64,000 bases of DNA from Candidatus Hermodarchaeota archaeon (GCA_048885865.1 JBHLLF010000004.1:89505-153504); one strand, 5' to 3'; numbered from the stretch's first letter, positions 27,910 to 37,729 are shown. The notes: generated by a model from the sequence alone, not told the origin. Made by a program: numbers and translations.

Positions 27910-28944
27910 CTAGCTAGCCTTCACTCCTACGCTTTTCTCTATTGCCAATCGGAGAAGCTCAAGTGCCTTTACCAGCCCCTTACTTCGATTCTTTGTACCA
28001 TTTGCCCCTGCTGCATTGACGTGGCCTCCACCCTCACCCCCGATGATTGACCCGATAGGCTCCATTACATCTGTCCCCAAGTTGACACCGGTCTCTGAGG
28101 AGAATTGTCGACTACTTCGAGAGCTGAATCTAACGACTCCCTTGGAGGTCTTTCCTGCAACAATGGCAACATCCGCACCAATTTCAATCAAAGCTCTACA
28201 TGCGCTTGCCTCATAGGCTCCTATCTTGGAAACGGCAACTATCCAACCACCCATATCATGAATCTGCAGTCGTCCAGCAGCTTTCAGTCTAGCGATTCTC
28301 TCAGATCGGTCTGGCTTGATTACCAAGGCTCTTACGCACAAGTCATAGTCAGCCCCAGCATCCATGAGCTTCATAGCCAATTGAAAAGACTCACGTCCTG
28401 AGTGGAAGAAACGACGAGTATCAAAAATCATGCCAGCAAGAAGGAGATTGGCTACACTGGGCGAGAGTGGGATTCCTAGGTCATCATATAGGCCAATGAC
28501 AAGCTCACATGTGGATGAGGCATTACTATCCACAATCTGGTGCATCGCTATTGATGACAGCTCCGGATTCTCTTCATGGTGGTCAATAGCAAGGGTTCTC
28601 GAGGGGTCAGTAAGAAGGGTTCTCACACGAGGACCCAGCTGAAATTCACTATTTGTATCCAAGAGAATAACAAGATCATGAGGGCCCTCTGAATAATCAA
28701 AAAAAGGAACATCAAGTGAGAAACGACTCAACACCTGATTGGACAAGCGGCTAACGTCATCACACACAAGTGTCACGTTACCATCCGGGCGAATTGCGAG
28801 GTAGAGGTTTCTTACTGCAACCATGGAACAAACAGCATCAGGATCTGCATTCTGATGACCCAGTATTAGGGGGTTCGATGACTCAGCAAGAAGAGATCTG
28901 AATCTCAATTGGTCTTCAGCTCCTTCAGGCGCTTTTCCAACCAC
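27910..28944 (-). CDS. DHH family phosphoesterase (NrnA-like)
   Basis: HQNADPDA, LLD, IDHH, SSTCE, DT, GGGH; possible TTG start at 28908. Confidence 0.92.
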   Translation of the reverse strand: MVGKAPEGAEDQLRFRSLLAESSNPLILGHQNADPDAVCSMVAVRNLYLAIRPDGNVTLVCDDVSRLSNQVLSRFSLDVPFFDYSEGPHDLVILLDTNSEFQLGPRVRTLLTDPSRTLAIDHHEENPELSSIAMHQIVDSNASSTCELVIGLYDDLGIPLSPSVANLLLAGMIFDTRRFFHSGRESFQLAMKLMDAGADYDLCVRALVIKPDRSERIARLKAAGRLQIHDMGGWIVAVSKIGAYEASACRALIEIGADVAIVAGKTSKGVVRFSSRSSRQFSSETGVNLGTDVMEPIGSIIGGEGGGHVNAAGANGTKNRSKGLVKALELLRLAIEKSVGVKAS

Positions 28945-29216
28945 TCAGTACCATATCGCGTTGCATCATCCAGAATCTCGTCTAGTTGATTTCCAGTGTC
29001 GTAGCTCTGCTCCAAATCTATCTGAATATCAACATCAAGCTCTTCATCAAAGTCTAGAATGCAACTAACAGAGAGTTCTGCCACGCTCTTCTTGGGAATC
29101 TTGCCAAGAATGAATTTGATTAGCTCGTCCTCACACTCCTCAGCGAGACTCTCTATCTGCTGATCATCAAGATTGGGCAATCCAATCTCAGTTGGTGTGG
29201 GACACATGTGATTCAC
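28905..29216 (-). CDS. DUF3194 family protein
   Basis: IGLPNL...E.LAE..E pattern; acidic ~100 aa; canonical position between pfdB and DHH. Confidence 0.75.
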   Translation of the reverse strand: MNHMCPTPTEIGLPNLDDQQIESLAEECEDELIKFILGKIPKKSVAELSVSCILDFDEELDVDIQIDLEQSYDTGNQLDEILDDATRYGTEWLEKRLKELKTN

Positions 29217-29575
29217 TGAACCTTTAGGTTTCGCTTGGATATATCAAGCTGAATCTGCGCGTTTAGCTCTTCAATTTCCTTTCTGTCCTTTTCAGCGGCT
29301 TTCGTCTTAAGCTCAAGCCATTCCCGGAGATTAGCCACTCTATTAGTGAGCTCGTTCTGAAGCTGTGCCTTGTCAACTTTGAACATGATTTGACCTACAG
29401 TCTTGTATGTGACTGTTTCATCAGGATACTTCTTCATCTCTTCAATAGTGGCTTCTGCCTCTCTCAATTCGGCCTGCCGTGTCTGAATTGCAGCCATCAG
29501 CTGTTCGAGCTGTTGCTGTTTTATTACTAGCTTTCTTACCTCGTTTTCGACTTCTGGTGGAATTGGCTGTGCCAT
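29213..29575 (-). CDS. pfdB: Prefoldin beta subunit
   Basis: Coiled coil - YKTVGQIMFK hairpin - coiled coil; IPPEV N-terminus. Confidence 0.92.
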   Translation of the reverse strand: MAQPIPPEVENEVRKLVIKQQQLEQLMAAIQTRQAELREAEATIEEMKKYPDETVTYKTVGQIMFKVDKAQLQNELTNRVANLREWLELKTKAAEKDRKEIEELNAQIQLDISKRNLKVQ

Positions 29576-29633
29576 CTTTATCTTCTCCCTCTTAATGTGA
29601 GGTTTACTTCGCCTGCGCCTTCTGGCAAGCGAC

Positions 29634-29897
29634 TTAAGGATTTTGGCCTAGGACAGCATCTATCGTGTCAAGACTCGCTGAAACCCATGCAATATACGAA
29701 TTCAGTGCAGCCCTCAAAGAGGTCAAGTCACCAGATGAAATTTGAATGACTAGGACTGAGCCGCGTACAATCACTTCAACACGAGCTCTATCTGATGGAG
29801 CAGAGTGAGTTTCGGGACTTATTGCAGAACGAATTGTTTCAGCGAGCTCTTCTGATTCCATTGGGATTTCGATAACTGCCTGTCCATGCTCTATCAA
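29634..29897 (-). CDS. pcc1: KEOPS complex subunit Pcc1
   Basis: ISPE...DLTSLRAALNSYIAW; TTG at 29897 overlaps the Brix stop. Confidence 0.88.
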   Translation of the reverse strand: MIEHGQAVIEIPMESEELAETIRSAISPETHSAPSDRARVEVIVRGSVLVIQISSGDLTSLRAALNSYIAWVSASLDTIDAVLGQNP

Positions 29898-30457
29898 GAG
29901 ATTCCCCTCCAGACTTTTGAGATTCGAATGCGTGGACCTATCTCCAGTCCATTCTGCGCATGATAAAATGTCCAAAGGAGCTTGCCTCCACTAAGGTCGG
30001 AAACTCGTATCTCGACCATGCCAGAGGCCTCTTCATCTAGAACTACAGGCTGTTGTTCGCTCTTCACGTCAATCTCAAGCATTGATGCAATAACTGATGC
30101 AAGCTCTCGGGCATTCTTTGAACAATTCTCTTCAACGGTCACTCCAAGAATGGCATGTATTCTAGGCCCCTTATTGTCAGAAACCTCTCTTCTAAGAGCT
30201 GCACTCTCAACTTTGATTTCCAGCGCATCATCATCGTGTGGGTATAGAAACCGGATAGTCCTTGGATTGCCCTTCCAGATTGTAACGATGAGGGCGAGTC
30301 TAGCACCTGACTGTACTACTCTTGACCGTAACTCATCAAGACTCATCCCTCCTCGGTTGAACCTTTCAGTGCCGGGGAGTACAGACCAGAGATCACGTAC
30401 AAAAGAGCGAACTCGATTTGATGTTTTTCGAGATGTAGTGATCAATGCTTGGGGCAA
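29894..30457 (-). CDS. Brix/Imp4 domain ribosome biogenesis protein
   Basis: ITTSRKTSNRVRSF, NRGGMSL, KGNP, GPRIRI. Confidence 0.9.
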   Translation of the reverse strand: MPQALITTSRKTSNRVRSFVRDLWSVLPGTERFNRGGMSLDELRSRVVQSGARLALIVTIWKGNPRTIRFLYPHDDDALEIKVESAALRREVSDNKGPRIHAILGVTVEENCSKNARELASVIASMLEIDVKSEQQPVVLDEEASGMVEIRVSDLSGGKLLWTFYHAQNGLEIGPRIRISKVWRGIS

Positions 30458-30481
30458 TGCGTTTCACTGCCCTGTGAATTG

Positions 30482-30889
30482 CTATTCACTAGCCTCAGGT
30501 TCCTCGACAGGAACATCTGAGTCCTCATCAACGGAGACCGCTACGACCGCTTCCTCCTCAATATTCGGAAGGAACTCGGAAGGATTGACAATCTCGTCTT
30601 CATCTCTTAACGCAAGAAAGTCACCCGAAACTCTCTGTGCTATGGCACGCTTAGCAGCCTTGCCTGCATCGGTAAATGGAACATATGCTCCACCAGCAAA
30701 ACTCAGACCACACTTCTTGCAGCTCCACAGACCAACAGCTTCTCTGGTCAGTGCTCTTGTAGCACAGGACGGGCATCGCTGTGGGTCAGCACGACGTCTT
30801 TCGATATCAAGGACTCTGCGTCGTAGTTTTGCGCCGTACCTAGCACCAAACCTTCCAGTGCTGCCAACTTTCTTTGTCTTTTTTCCCAA
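30482..30889 (-). CDS. rpl37ae: 50S ribosomal protein L37Ae (eL43) with acidic C-terminal extension
   Basis: KKVGSTGRFGARYG, CPSC...WSCKKC, AGGAY. Confidence 0.96.
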   Translation of the reverse strand: MGKKTKKVGSTGRFGARYGAKLRRRVLDIERRRADPQRCPSCATRALTREAVGLWSCKKCGLSFAGGAYVPFTDAGKAAKRAIAQRVSGDFLALRDEDEIVNPSEFLPNIEEEAVVAVSVDEDSDVPVEEPEASE

Positions 30890-30926
30890 ACCGGTATTCT
30901 CCTGGTGTGGTCATTAGGAGCGCCGG

Positions 30927-30948
30927 ACTTGGCGCTCCGAGTCTATCA
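30927..30948 (-). promoter_or_regulatory. Perfect 8-bp GC stem-loop in the rpl37ae leader
   Basis: ggagcgcc-ggactt-ggcgctcc about 40-60 nt upstream of the start. Confidence 0.4.
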
Positions 30949-31033
30949 GTCGCCCACCGACTTCACTTATTAGCATATCTATCGGTGAAGAGAATAGAAG
31001 GTGTCCCAGACTAGCTGAAACACGCATTTGCCC

Positions 31034-31870
31034 CTATTCTTCGGTCTTCATTGATTCAGTTATAAGTTCTCGAATCTCTTTTGCTCTGTCAAGAGCCATG
31101 CCCATTGAATGGTCAATCATCTCAAGAGACATAGGACCTACGCCTCCACCCTTCTGCATAGCTGTGAAATTATCGTTTTTGTCAACCGCCATGGTTAGAC
31201 GGCAATCCATGACCATTTCTTCTTTGATGATAGGATCAATGACTACGTGCTCTCCAATCTTGGCGACAGTGTGTTCTATAGCCATATTCTGGAGGGGTAG
31301 AGCGAGCATCTTGCCAGTGGTTACCTCCTCACCATCTTCCAGCTTGACTTCTGGAAATCTGGTTCCTAGGAGCGCAGCATTAACTGCTATTGATGACGCA
31401 TCAATCAGATTGCCATCATATTCGAGTGTATAGACGTCTGCAAAGACCATATACACAAGTTTACCTGGCTCAATGCAAAGGGCCTTGGCATCCATTGTTT
31501 CTGACTCGCGGACTCCTCTGTCAACAACTCTTGCTAGTTCGATGGCGGGTTCCTTAGGAGGACCCAGCTCGAATAGAGGAGAAGCCATGGGTGCCAGTTC
31601 GGCTGTTACCATCGTCACACCTTCATCGGGTGTGTCTGGATAAGGTGCTCCGGTAAGTACCTTCACACCAGCAACGACAGATGTTCCGCCAATCCGTACA
31701 ATTGCTGATCCTTCTGCTTTTGCAGCCACGGGATTGGGTTCGATGGTAATTTCTCGATATTCGTCAAAGGCTCGACTGTCAACCCTTTCACCCTTGTTCA
31801 GCAGGTCTGCAACATAGCCCCTGTCAATATGGCTGATAATCTCTGAACTAAAATCAGTCATTCTACTCAT
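31034..31870 (-). CDS. rrp42: Exosome complex component Rrp42
   Basis: RVDSRAFDEYR, AEGSA.V.IG.T, PDEG, IELARVVDRGVRES, YDGNLIDA. Confidence 0.96.
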   Translation of the reverse strand: MSRMTDFSSEIISHIDRGYVADLLNKGERVDSRAFDEYREITIEPNPVAAKAEGSAIVRIGGTSVVAGVKVLTGAPYPDTPDEGVTMVTAELAPMASPLFELGPPKEPAIELARVVDRGVRESETMDAKALCIEPGKLVYMVFADVYTLEYDGNLIDASSIAVNAALLGTRFPEVKLEDGEEVTTGKMLALPLQNMAIEHTVAKIGEHVVIDPIIKEEMVMDCRLTMAVDKNDNFTAMQKGGGVGPMSLEMIDHSMGMALDRAKEIRELITESMKTEE

Positions 31871-32675
31871 CCTCCATTATCTCGGCTTCGCCAAGGTCAG
31901 TTTCAAGATCGTCGTCGTAGTCGTCCATCTCTTCATCATCGCCCTCGGGAGCCTTTTTCGAGTACGACCGCTTCAGAGCGTCTTTCTGCAGCTCATGTAG
32001 ATATTTGCAGGCGTTTATTCCCATCTGCATTGCCTCAACTAGTTCCTCACGTGTGAAGGACCCATCCTGTTGCAGTAGAGTCAATTCATGTGTACCAGGA
32101 AGAATAGCCAATGGAACATCACCCTGCCCGTATTTGTCCTCTTCATCACCAAGATCTACAATAAGTGTGCCTTCAGCTTTGCCCACGGCAACAGAAGGAA
32201 CTAGAGACCTCATCGGAATTCCTGCATCAGCTAATGCAAGTGAGGCTGCGTTAATGGCTGCGCATCTTGTGCCACCATCGGCTTGGATGACTTGTATGAA
32301 TACATCAATGACAGCCTTCGGATATTGCTCCAAGAACAGCACTGGTTGCAGTGCGTTAGCAATGACCATCGAGATCTCGCGTTCTCGCCGAGATGGCGCA
32401 GGTCTCTTTCTGTCCGGAACTGAGAATGTAGCCATTCTGTAGACAACTCTGAGATATGCACGGTCATTCAACGTTAAATGTCGAGGATGTAGCTCTCTTG
32501 GACCATAGACTGCGGCTATGATATAGGTCTTGCCTTGCCTAATAGAGGCTGAACCATCAGCAGTCTTGAGCACTCCAACCTCCATTTGGATTGGCCTTAG
32601 CTCGTCTAATCTTCTGCCATCAACTCGTAAGCCCTCAGCATTAAGCAAGGAGTCAGGTTTCACTTCAGGACTCAT
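31863..32675 (-). CDS. rrp41: Exosome complex exonuclease Rrp41
   Basis: RVDGRRLDELRP, ADGSA, VYGPRE, QADGGTRCA, EEDKYG; acidic tail. Confidence 0.97.
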   Translation of the reverse strand: MSPEVKPDSLLNAEGLRVDGRRLDELRPIQMEVGVLKTADGSASIRQGKTYIIAAVYGPRELHPRHLTLNDRAYLRVVYRMATFSVPDRKRPAPSRREREISMVIANALQPVLFLEQYPKAVIDVFIQVIQADGGTRCAAINAASLALADAGIPMRSLVPSVAVGKAEGTLIVDLGDEEDKYGQGDVPLAILPGTHELTLLQQDGSFTREELVEAMQMGINACKYLHELQKDALKRSYSKKAPEGDDEEMDDYDDDLETDLGEAEIMEDE

Positions 32676-33616
32676 TATTCACTCACTTCCTCCGTAGTTT
32701 CAGTTTCAGTCTCTTTGGACTCGGTTTCTTCTTCTTTAGCATCTTCAGGTGAGTCTTCAATTGCCTCATCAGCAACATCAGTTTCAAGAGGCTCTTCAGT
32801 CACCACAGGCTCCTCACCTTCAGCCGTGTCCTCTTCTTTGATATCTTCAACAGGTTCGGCAGAGTCTTCAGATTCCTCAGAATCCTCCATCTCCATCGAT
32901 TCCTCAGACATTTCCTCTCTAGGCTCATCACCATGAATCTTAGTCATTTCTTCCTCAAGCATCTCCTTCACACGATCGGTGAGTTTTGATGTGTGAGCCT
33001 GGACCTCAATCATCTTGAACGCCTTTATTGCTAGACGCAAGAGATCGGTATTGGATGTACGAATCCAAATCCGACCATTCTGACCAACCATGGTTTGGAT
33101 TTTGAGGATGTCCTGAATCATGTTGATCATTGATCCCCGTCTCCCAATCACGCGTGGAATCTTTGCCGGACGGATTTCAAGAATCATCCCGGAGTCTAGG
33201 CGTCTAAGCCCTCTTCCTTTCATTCCGAGGAATGGTCCTGTCACCCTGTCGAATGCAATTACTTCAGCAGCAATGACATCACCTATGTCCATGTATCTGC
33301 TGATATCGTCATCATATGGTCGTCGTAGAGCATTGTTTGCATGAAGAGATGCTAAGTATGGCCCTCCGATGTCCACCTTCCAATTATTCCCCGTCACCAT
33401 TGTGATGGTTCCGAGGACCAGATCGCCCTCGCGAGGGATGTAAACCCCCTCAAGCGCAACCACTTTCACGGTATTGCCGCGCAGTTCAGCGAGGCCTACC
33501 AATGCGGAGTATATTTTGTCTCCGTCGTCATAGGTCCCAAAGGAGGCACGGTATCTGCCTTCAGCCAATAATTGTCCTGGGACCACTACTTCTCGTTTTT
33601 GAAAGTATACAGCCAA
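32675..33616 (-). CDS. rrp4: Exosome RNA-binding protein Rrp4 with long acidic tail
   Basis: VVPGQ, YIPREGDLV (S1), KIPRVIGRRGSMI and GQNGRIW (KH). Confidence 0.96.
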   Translation of the reverse strand: MAVYFQKREVVVPGQLLAEGRYRASFGTYDDGDKIYSALVGLAELRGNTVKVVALEGVYIPREGDLVLGTITMVTGNNWKVDIGGPYLASLHANNALRRPYDDDISRYMDIGDVIAAEVIAFDRVTGPFLGMKGRGLRRLDSGMILEIRPAKIPRVIGRRGSMINMIQDILKIQTMVGQNGRIWIRTSNTDLLRLAIKAFKMIEVQAHTSKLTDRVKEMLEEEMTKIHGDEPREEMSEESMEMEDSEESEDSAEPVEDIKEEDTAEGEEPVVTEEPLETDVADEAIEDSPEDAKEEETESKETETETTEEVSE

Positions 33617-33660
33617 TGTATTCCCTCATTTCTAATTTTTATCATCAATATTCTCAACCG

Positions 33661-34386
33661 CTATCGAACGGTTTCTATCTTTACTTGTCCTTTGCAGAGC
33701 TTGTTCAGATCATCATAGAGCTCTTGTCGTTTTGATGCAGGAATTTCAACCAAGCCAGACCACTCCCCGTTCTGTGCCCACGCCTCGGATTTGATTAGTC
33801 CAGCCTTTGCAACTACGTTGTAGCCCTTCCCTGAGAAGGCTGCTGGAAGAGTTATCTGAAGCTTGACGCTCTCAAATGAGATGGGGATTATCACCAGGAG
33901 AGCCTTCACGATTCCAGGGATTTGTTCGTCCGCCTTGATGAAGGGGTCAACATGGACTTTTGCCTCCTCCATCGCCTGTCTAATTCTGTCAGGCGGATGA
34001 GGATGTCCTGTCTGTGGATTCATTGCCCGCTTGGAAATGCTCTCAATTATTGCTTCAGTCTTTTCCTTTACCAGCTGATTACGCTGCTCATGGGTAAGTC
34101 GGAACTCTCCATCTTTGAGTATAATCGGCGCTATCTTAAATACATCAGACGAGCCAAACTCCTCTTCCGCAAGATCTTCAGATGCACGCTCTCCTCTCTT
34201 GGCATCTTCGTAAAGGTCATAGCTCTTCAAGATCTCTTCAATCGGGATGTTTTCACCTCGTCTATATTCAAAGGCCAGATCCGGATCGACAAATAGCTCA
34301 AATCGCAGGTGACCCTTTTGAATTCCAATCACGACTGCATCAAGTTCAAGCCACTTCTCGCCAGATTTCTTCCCTGAACCCATCAA
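33661..34386 (-). CDS. Ribosome maturation factor SBDS
   Basis: RFELFVDP, DAKRGERA, NPQTGHPHPPDRI, IPISFE. Confidence 0.96.
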   Translation of the reverse strand: MMGSGKKSGEKWLELDAVVIGIQKGHLRFELFVDPDLAFEYRRGENIPIEEILKSYDLYEDAKRGERASEDLAEEEFGSSDVFKIAPIILKDGEFRLTHEQRNQLVKEKTEAIIESISKRAMNPQTGHPHPPDRIRQAMEEAKVHVDPFIKADEQIPGIVKALLVIIPISFESVKLQITLPAAFSGKGYNVVAKAGLIKSEAWAQNGEWSGLVEIPASKRQELYDDLNKLCKGQVKIETVR

Positions 34387-34400
34387 GCCCTAGCCCACTC

Positions 34401-35156
34401 CTATTCTTTATCCACTTTACTGGAGGGATCCAAAATGGCCTGTGTTTCAGATCTGCTGAGCTTCTCGAATTTCCGGGTGCTCACAGGAATCTTGGCGATT
34501 TCTACATTGTCAGCAGAAAGATCTGCTTCCGTGGCTTGGCGAAGCGCTTCAAGTGCAAGTTGAATGGCTTGATTAAGAGTCTGTTTCTTGCTCAGGTCAT
34601 ACTTGCCTTCCAGGTACTCGCCAGCTCTTGCGCTTCCTCGACCAATTACTACTGCCAAATATCCCCAATAAGTGCCCACTGGATCAGTCACATAGAGGCG
34701 TGGCGTATCATCATGATCTGCTGAGCCAATAATCATAGCAACACCGTAAGGTCTTGCTCCACCTCCCTGAGTAAACTGGGCTTTCACATCACAGATATGC
34801 TCAGCTAGAACTTCTCCAGGAATTGGCTCCTCGTAGGTCAGCCAATATGACTGCGCCTTGATTCTTGCCTCCTGAATCAGTTTTCGCGCATCTGCCATGA
34901 GTCCAGACGTCGCTACACCGATGTGCTCATCGATCTTTGAAATCTTCTCTATGCTTTCTGGCTCTTGAAGATCCTTGATGTTCTTCTCTGCGAGCAGTAC
35001 AATTCCTTCATTCACAAGGATTCCAATCGATGTAGCTCCTTGTTCGACGGCTTTCTTAGCATATTCTGCCGCGAAAATTCGTCCTTCAGGGCTGAAGATG
35101 CTGGTTGACATATCATACCCCGCACCAGATATCCCAAACACGGTGTTTTCCTCCAA
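34401..35156 (-). CDS. psmA: Proteasome alpha subunit
   Basis: GYD..TSIFSPEGR..EYA, EKISKIDEHIG, SGLMADAR, TQGGGARPYGV, TDPVG. Confidence 0.96.
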   Translation of the reverse strand: MEENTVFGISGAGYDMSTSIFSPEGRIFAAEYAKKAVEQGATSIGILVNEGIVLLAEKNIKDLQEPESIEKISKIDEHIGVATSGLMADARKLIQEARIKAQSYWLTYEEPIPGEVLAEHICDVKAQFTQGGGARPYGVAMIIGSADHDDTPRLYVTDPVGTYWGYLAVVIGRGSARAGEYLEGKYDLSKKQTLNQAIQLALEALRQATEADLSADNVEIAKIPVSTRKFEKLSRSETQAILDPSSKVDKE

Positions 35157-35342
35157 GTAGTCAACCTGTCTCTATCCGGAAGTCAGAGCCTCACAGTGGG
35201 CAACGCCTGACAATTCTGAATAGTTACTGTCAAACTCCTTTGTTTTACCAGCCCTCGGCATTTCTGCATCCCAGGCTCAATTGGCCTTCGTTGACCTAGA
35301 CTCATAAAGCTTCTGGTGTGAATGTAGAAACTTTGCACGCAA

Positions 35343-35741
35343 TCACTCTTGCAGCATGTATAGATACACAACAATCGCCAATGAAAGCAATAGCGTGACT
35401 ATGGCCACACCAGATTCAAACATCAGGAAGGTCATCACAAAGACTACGATGATGAGGAGAATTAGCTCCGTCCATCCTGCTCGAATCTGAGTCATATAGA
35501 GGCGAATATTGACAACCGTGATTGTGAGAAAGAGAAACATCCCTGACATGACCAGTATCTCGATTATGAGAGCAAGAAAGGGATTCATGTTATTCAGCGC
35601 GCCAACGGGACTTGTATTAATGACATCTGGAGCAGACCATGCCCAAAGCATCAATCCAAGGCTCAAGAGAACCACTGTAAGAATAACTGTGATGATAGTG
35701 GACCGTACAATTTCGCTTCTTTCAGGAATCTCGTCGCTCAA
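35343..35741 (-). CDS. Hypothetical 4-TM membrane protein
   Basis: Four hydrophobic segments, RAGW loop. Confidence 0.7.
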   Translation of the reverse strand: MSDEIPERSEIVRSTIITVILTVVLLSLGLMLWAWSAPDVINTSPVGALNNMNPFLALIIEILVMSGMFLFLTITVVNIRLYMTQIRAGWTELILLIIVVFVMTFLMFESGVAIVTLLLSLAIVVYLYMLQE

Positions 35742-35896
35742 TATCTCTCACACCGGGCCTTGGAGTCCGAGATGTTTCCGTGTCACACTTAAAGATACCG
35801 ACCGATTCAAGGTTGTTCCCCTTTTGAGAACATGAATGAATGCAAGCGCTTGATGTGAAATGAATTTAAGAAAGGCTCCTGCCTGACAATGCGTGG

Positions 35897-37357
35897 GTGC
35901 ATGGCGTGGGCAGAATCACATCGTACTTCGGTCTACCTGATGATAAACCAGATGTGATTAGACTCACCAGTATTGCGTTATCACTGAGCACTTTCATGGA
36001 AGCCACAATTACAATCTCAACGACGTTCTATCTCATTTTTGTAGCAGAGGCTCTAGGACAAGGAGATTTCATAGCTGGCATGACCCTTGTTGCTGTTCTG
36101 GTGATAATACAAATGGCTGTTCAGACCATTTTCGACTATCCAACAGGAGTCATTGGCGACTGGATAGGCCAACGTTACATTCTAGCCACATCATACTTCA
36201 CATACGCAGCTGCATTCTACGTTGTGTCGCTAGTGACAAGCACGACTCCAATCACATTGCTTGTCCTCGTCTACATTCTAATGGGCTTCGCTGGTTCGCA
36301 ACAGAGCGGAGCGCTCGGCAGTTGGTTTGATAACAACTGGAGAGTCGCGATGCCTGAAGATGAAGGCCGCAAGCAGTATGGGGTGCTTCAAGGCAAGTGG
36401 GGAATGATATCTTGGCTTACAAATGTCCTCATTCTCATTCCAGGAGGCATTCTGGCTACACTGTTTGCTCGTGCATGGGTATTTCAAGTGCAATCAGTGC
36501 TTTGTATCGTCATAGCCCTTGCATCATGGAGATTAGTACGGAATCTTCCTGAAGCTGATCAGAACAGGCAGACAAAGCCGGACTTGGGCGAATATATCTC
36601 GCTATTGAAGGAAGGTGTAACATATCTGTTTAGCAGTCAGTACGTGAAGTATCTCTTACTTGGTTCAATGCTTGTCAACAGCGTTATTGCAGTATGGGGC
36701 AACCTCATTCTCTTCCCGATGTACTATACATACTTAGTATCCGACGTGGCTGTGGCTAGCTTCCGCACGATTGTCATGGTTCCTCTTGTGGTATATAGCG
36801 AGAGAAGTGGAAACTGGGCAAAGAAATACGAACCGGAGAGGTGGATACCTCGTTTCAGATTCATTCAGACGTGCGGAGCTGTGTTCTTCTGGATGTTTGC
36901 AGTATTGATGATTGTGTTTCAGCCGCCTCCTGCGAACTCACCAATGATAGACTACATCCTACCGGGTACGGACATTCTATTGCTGAGAGTCCCTGTAGCA
37001 TCACTAGTGCCAGTGTTCCTAATGATTGCCATGTTCTTTGTCTGTGGCGCTTTCCTCCAACTAGGAGGGGTTCTGACTGCACGTGTCTTCGTTGATGCGA
37101 TTCCAAACAGAGTGAGGAACGGCGTTTACTCTCTGTTCCCAACTGTGGTGTTGATTTTCGCAATACCTCAGATTGCGTTCTTTGGATGGTTGATTCCATT
37201 GATGGGGATTTCAGCCACTCTTTTCCTATGTGGATGCATATCGACAATAGGCGTGTTGATGATTCGTAAGGGTCTAAGCTGTCCGAAACCATGGATTCAA
37301 GACCCTGATTATCATCCAGAGCAGGAGCCTGACCAACAGGCCGAGGAGGAGCTTTAG
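35897..37357 (+). CDS. MFS transporter
   Basis: DYPTGVIGDWIGQR motif A, SGALGSW, IPNRVRNGVYS; ~12 TM helices. Confidence 0.88.
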   Translation: MHGVGRITSYFGLPDDKPDVIRLTSIALSLSTFMEATITISTTFYLIFVAEALGQGDFIAGMTLVAVLVIIQMAVQTIFDYPTGVIGDWIGQRYILATSYFTYAAAFYVVSLVTSTTPITLLVLVYILMGFAGSQQSGALGSWFDNNWRVAMPEDEGRKQYGVLQGKWGMISWLTNVLILIPGGILATLFARAWVFQVQSVLCIVIALASWRLVRNLPEADQNRQTKPDLGEYISLLKEGVTYLFSSQYVKYLLLGSMLVNSVIAVWGNLILFPMYYTYLVSDVAVASFRTIVMVPLVVYSERSGNWAKKYEPERWIPRFRFIQTCGAVFFWMFAVLMIVFQPPPANSPMIDYILPGTDILLLRVPVASLVPVFLMIAMFFVCGAFLQLGGVLTARVFVDAIPNRVRNGVYSLFPTVVLIFAIPQIAFFGWLIPLMGISATLFLCGCISTIGVLMIRKGLSCPKPWIQDPDYHPEQEPDQQAEEEL

Positions 37358-37677
37358 AACTCGACAGAGGTGCCAAGTCGCATGTTATAGACTTGGAACT
37401 CTAGTTCAGTCAGTTCATCCTGAAGCCTGCGATACTTCTTATCGAATTCGTCTTGACCGATGGTTCCGGCCTTCTTCTCCATCACAAGTCTCTTTAGCTC
37501 GCTTTGACGCTCTCTTATCTTCTCCTTAATCTCTTCCCAGTGACTACGGTGGGTGGAAACCGATTTGCCCCAGCTCTCACTCGACTTAGAATCCTGCTCG
37601 AGCTTGTCAACTACTTCATCAAGAGAGCTCTTAATTTTCTCAGCATCTTTGCTGTCCTCTTTCAGGCTCAACACCAC
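37354..37677 (-). CDS. Small coiled-coil protein with SHOCT-like motif
   Basis: Helical and charged, with KAGTIGQDEFDKKYRRL; start near 37671-37677 after GAGGTG. Confidence 0.6.
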   Translation of the reverse strand: MVLSLKEDSKDAEKIKSSLDEVVDKLEQDSKSSESWGKSVSTHRSHWEEIKEKIRERQSELKRLVMEKKAGTIGQDEFDKKYRRLQDELTELEFQVYNMRLGTSVEF

Positions 37678-37729
37678 CTTCACCTCGATTTTGATTCGAT
37701 ATATGCGTTGAGATGAGGCTGTAAACGGT

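Noticed and set aside
29982-30917. 311-aa plus-strand ORF
   Set aside because: Antisense to rpl37ae and Brix, Ser-rich, with no motifs
35183-35374. 63-aa ORF upstream of psmA as RNase P subunit Pop5
   Set aside because: No resemblance to Pop5; it overlaps the neighbouring gene and the probable psmA promoter/leader
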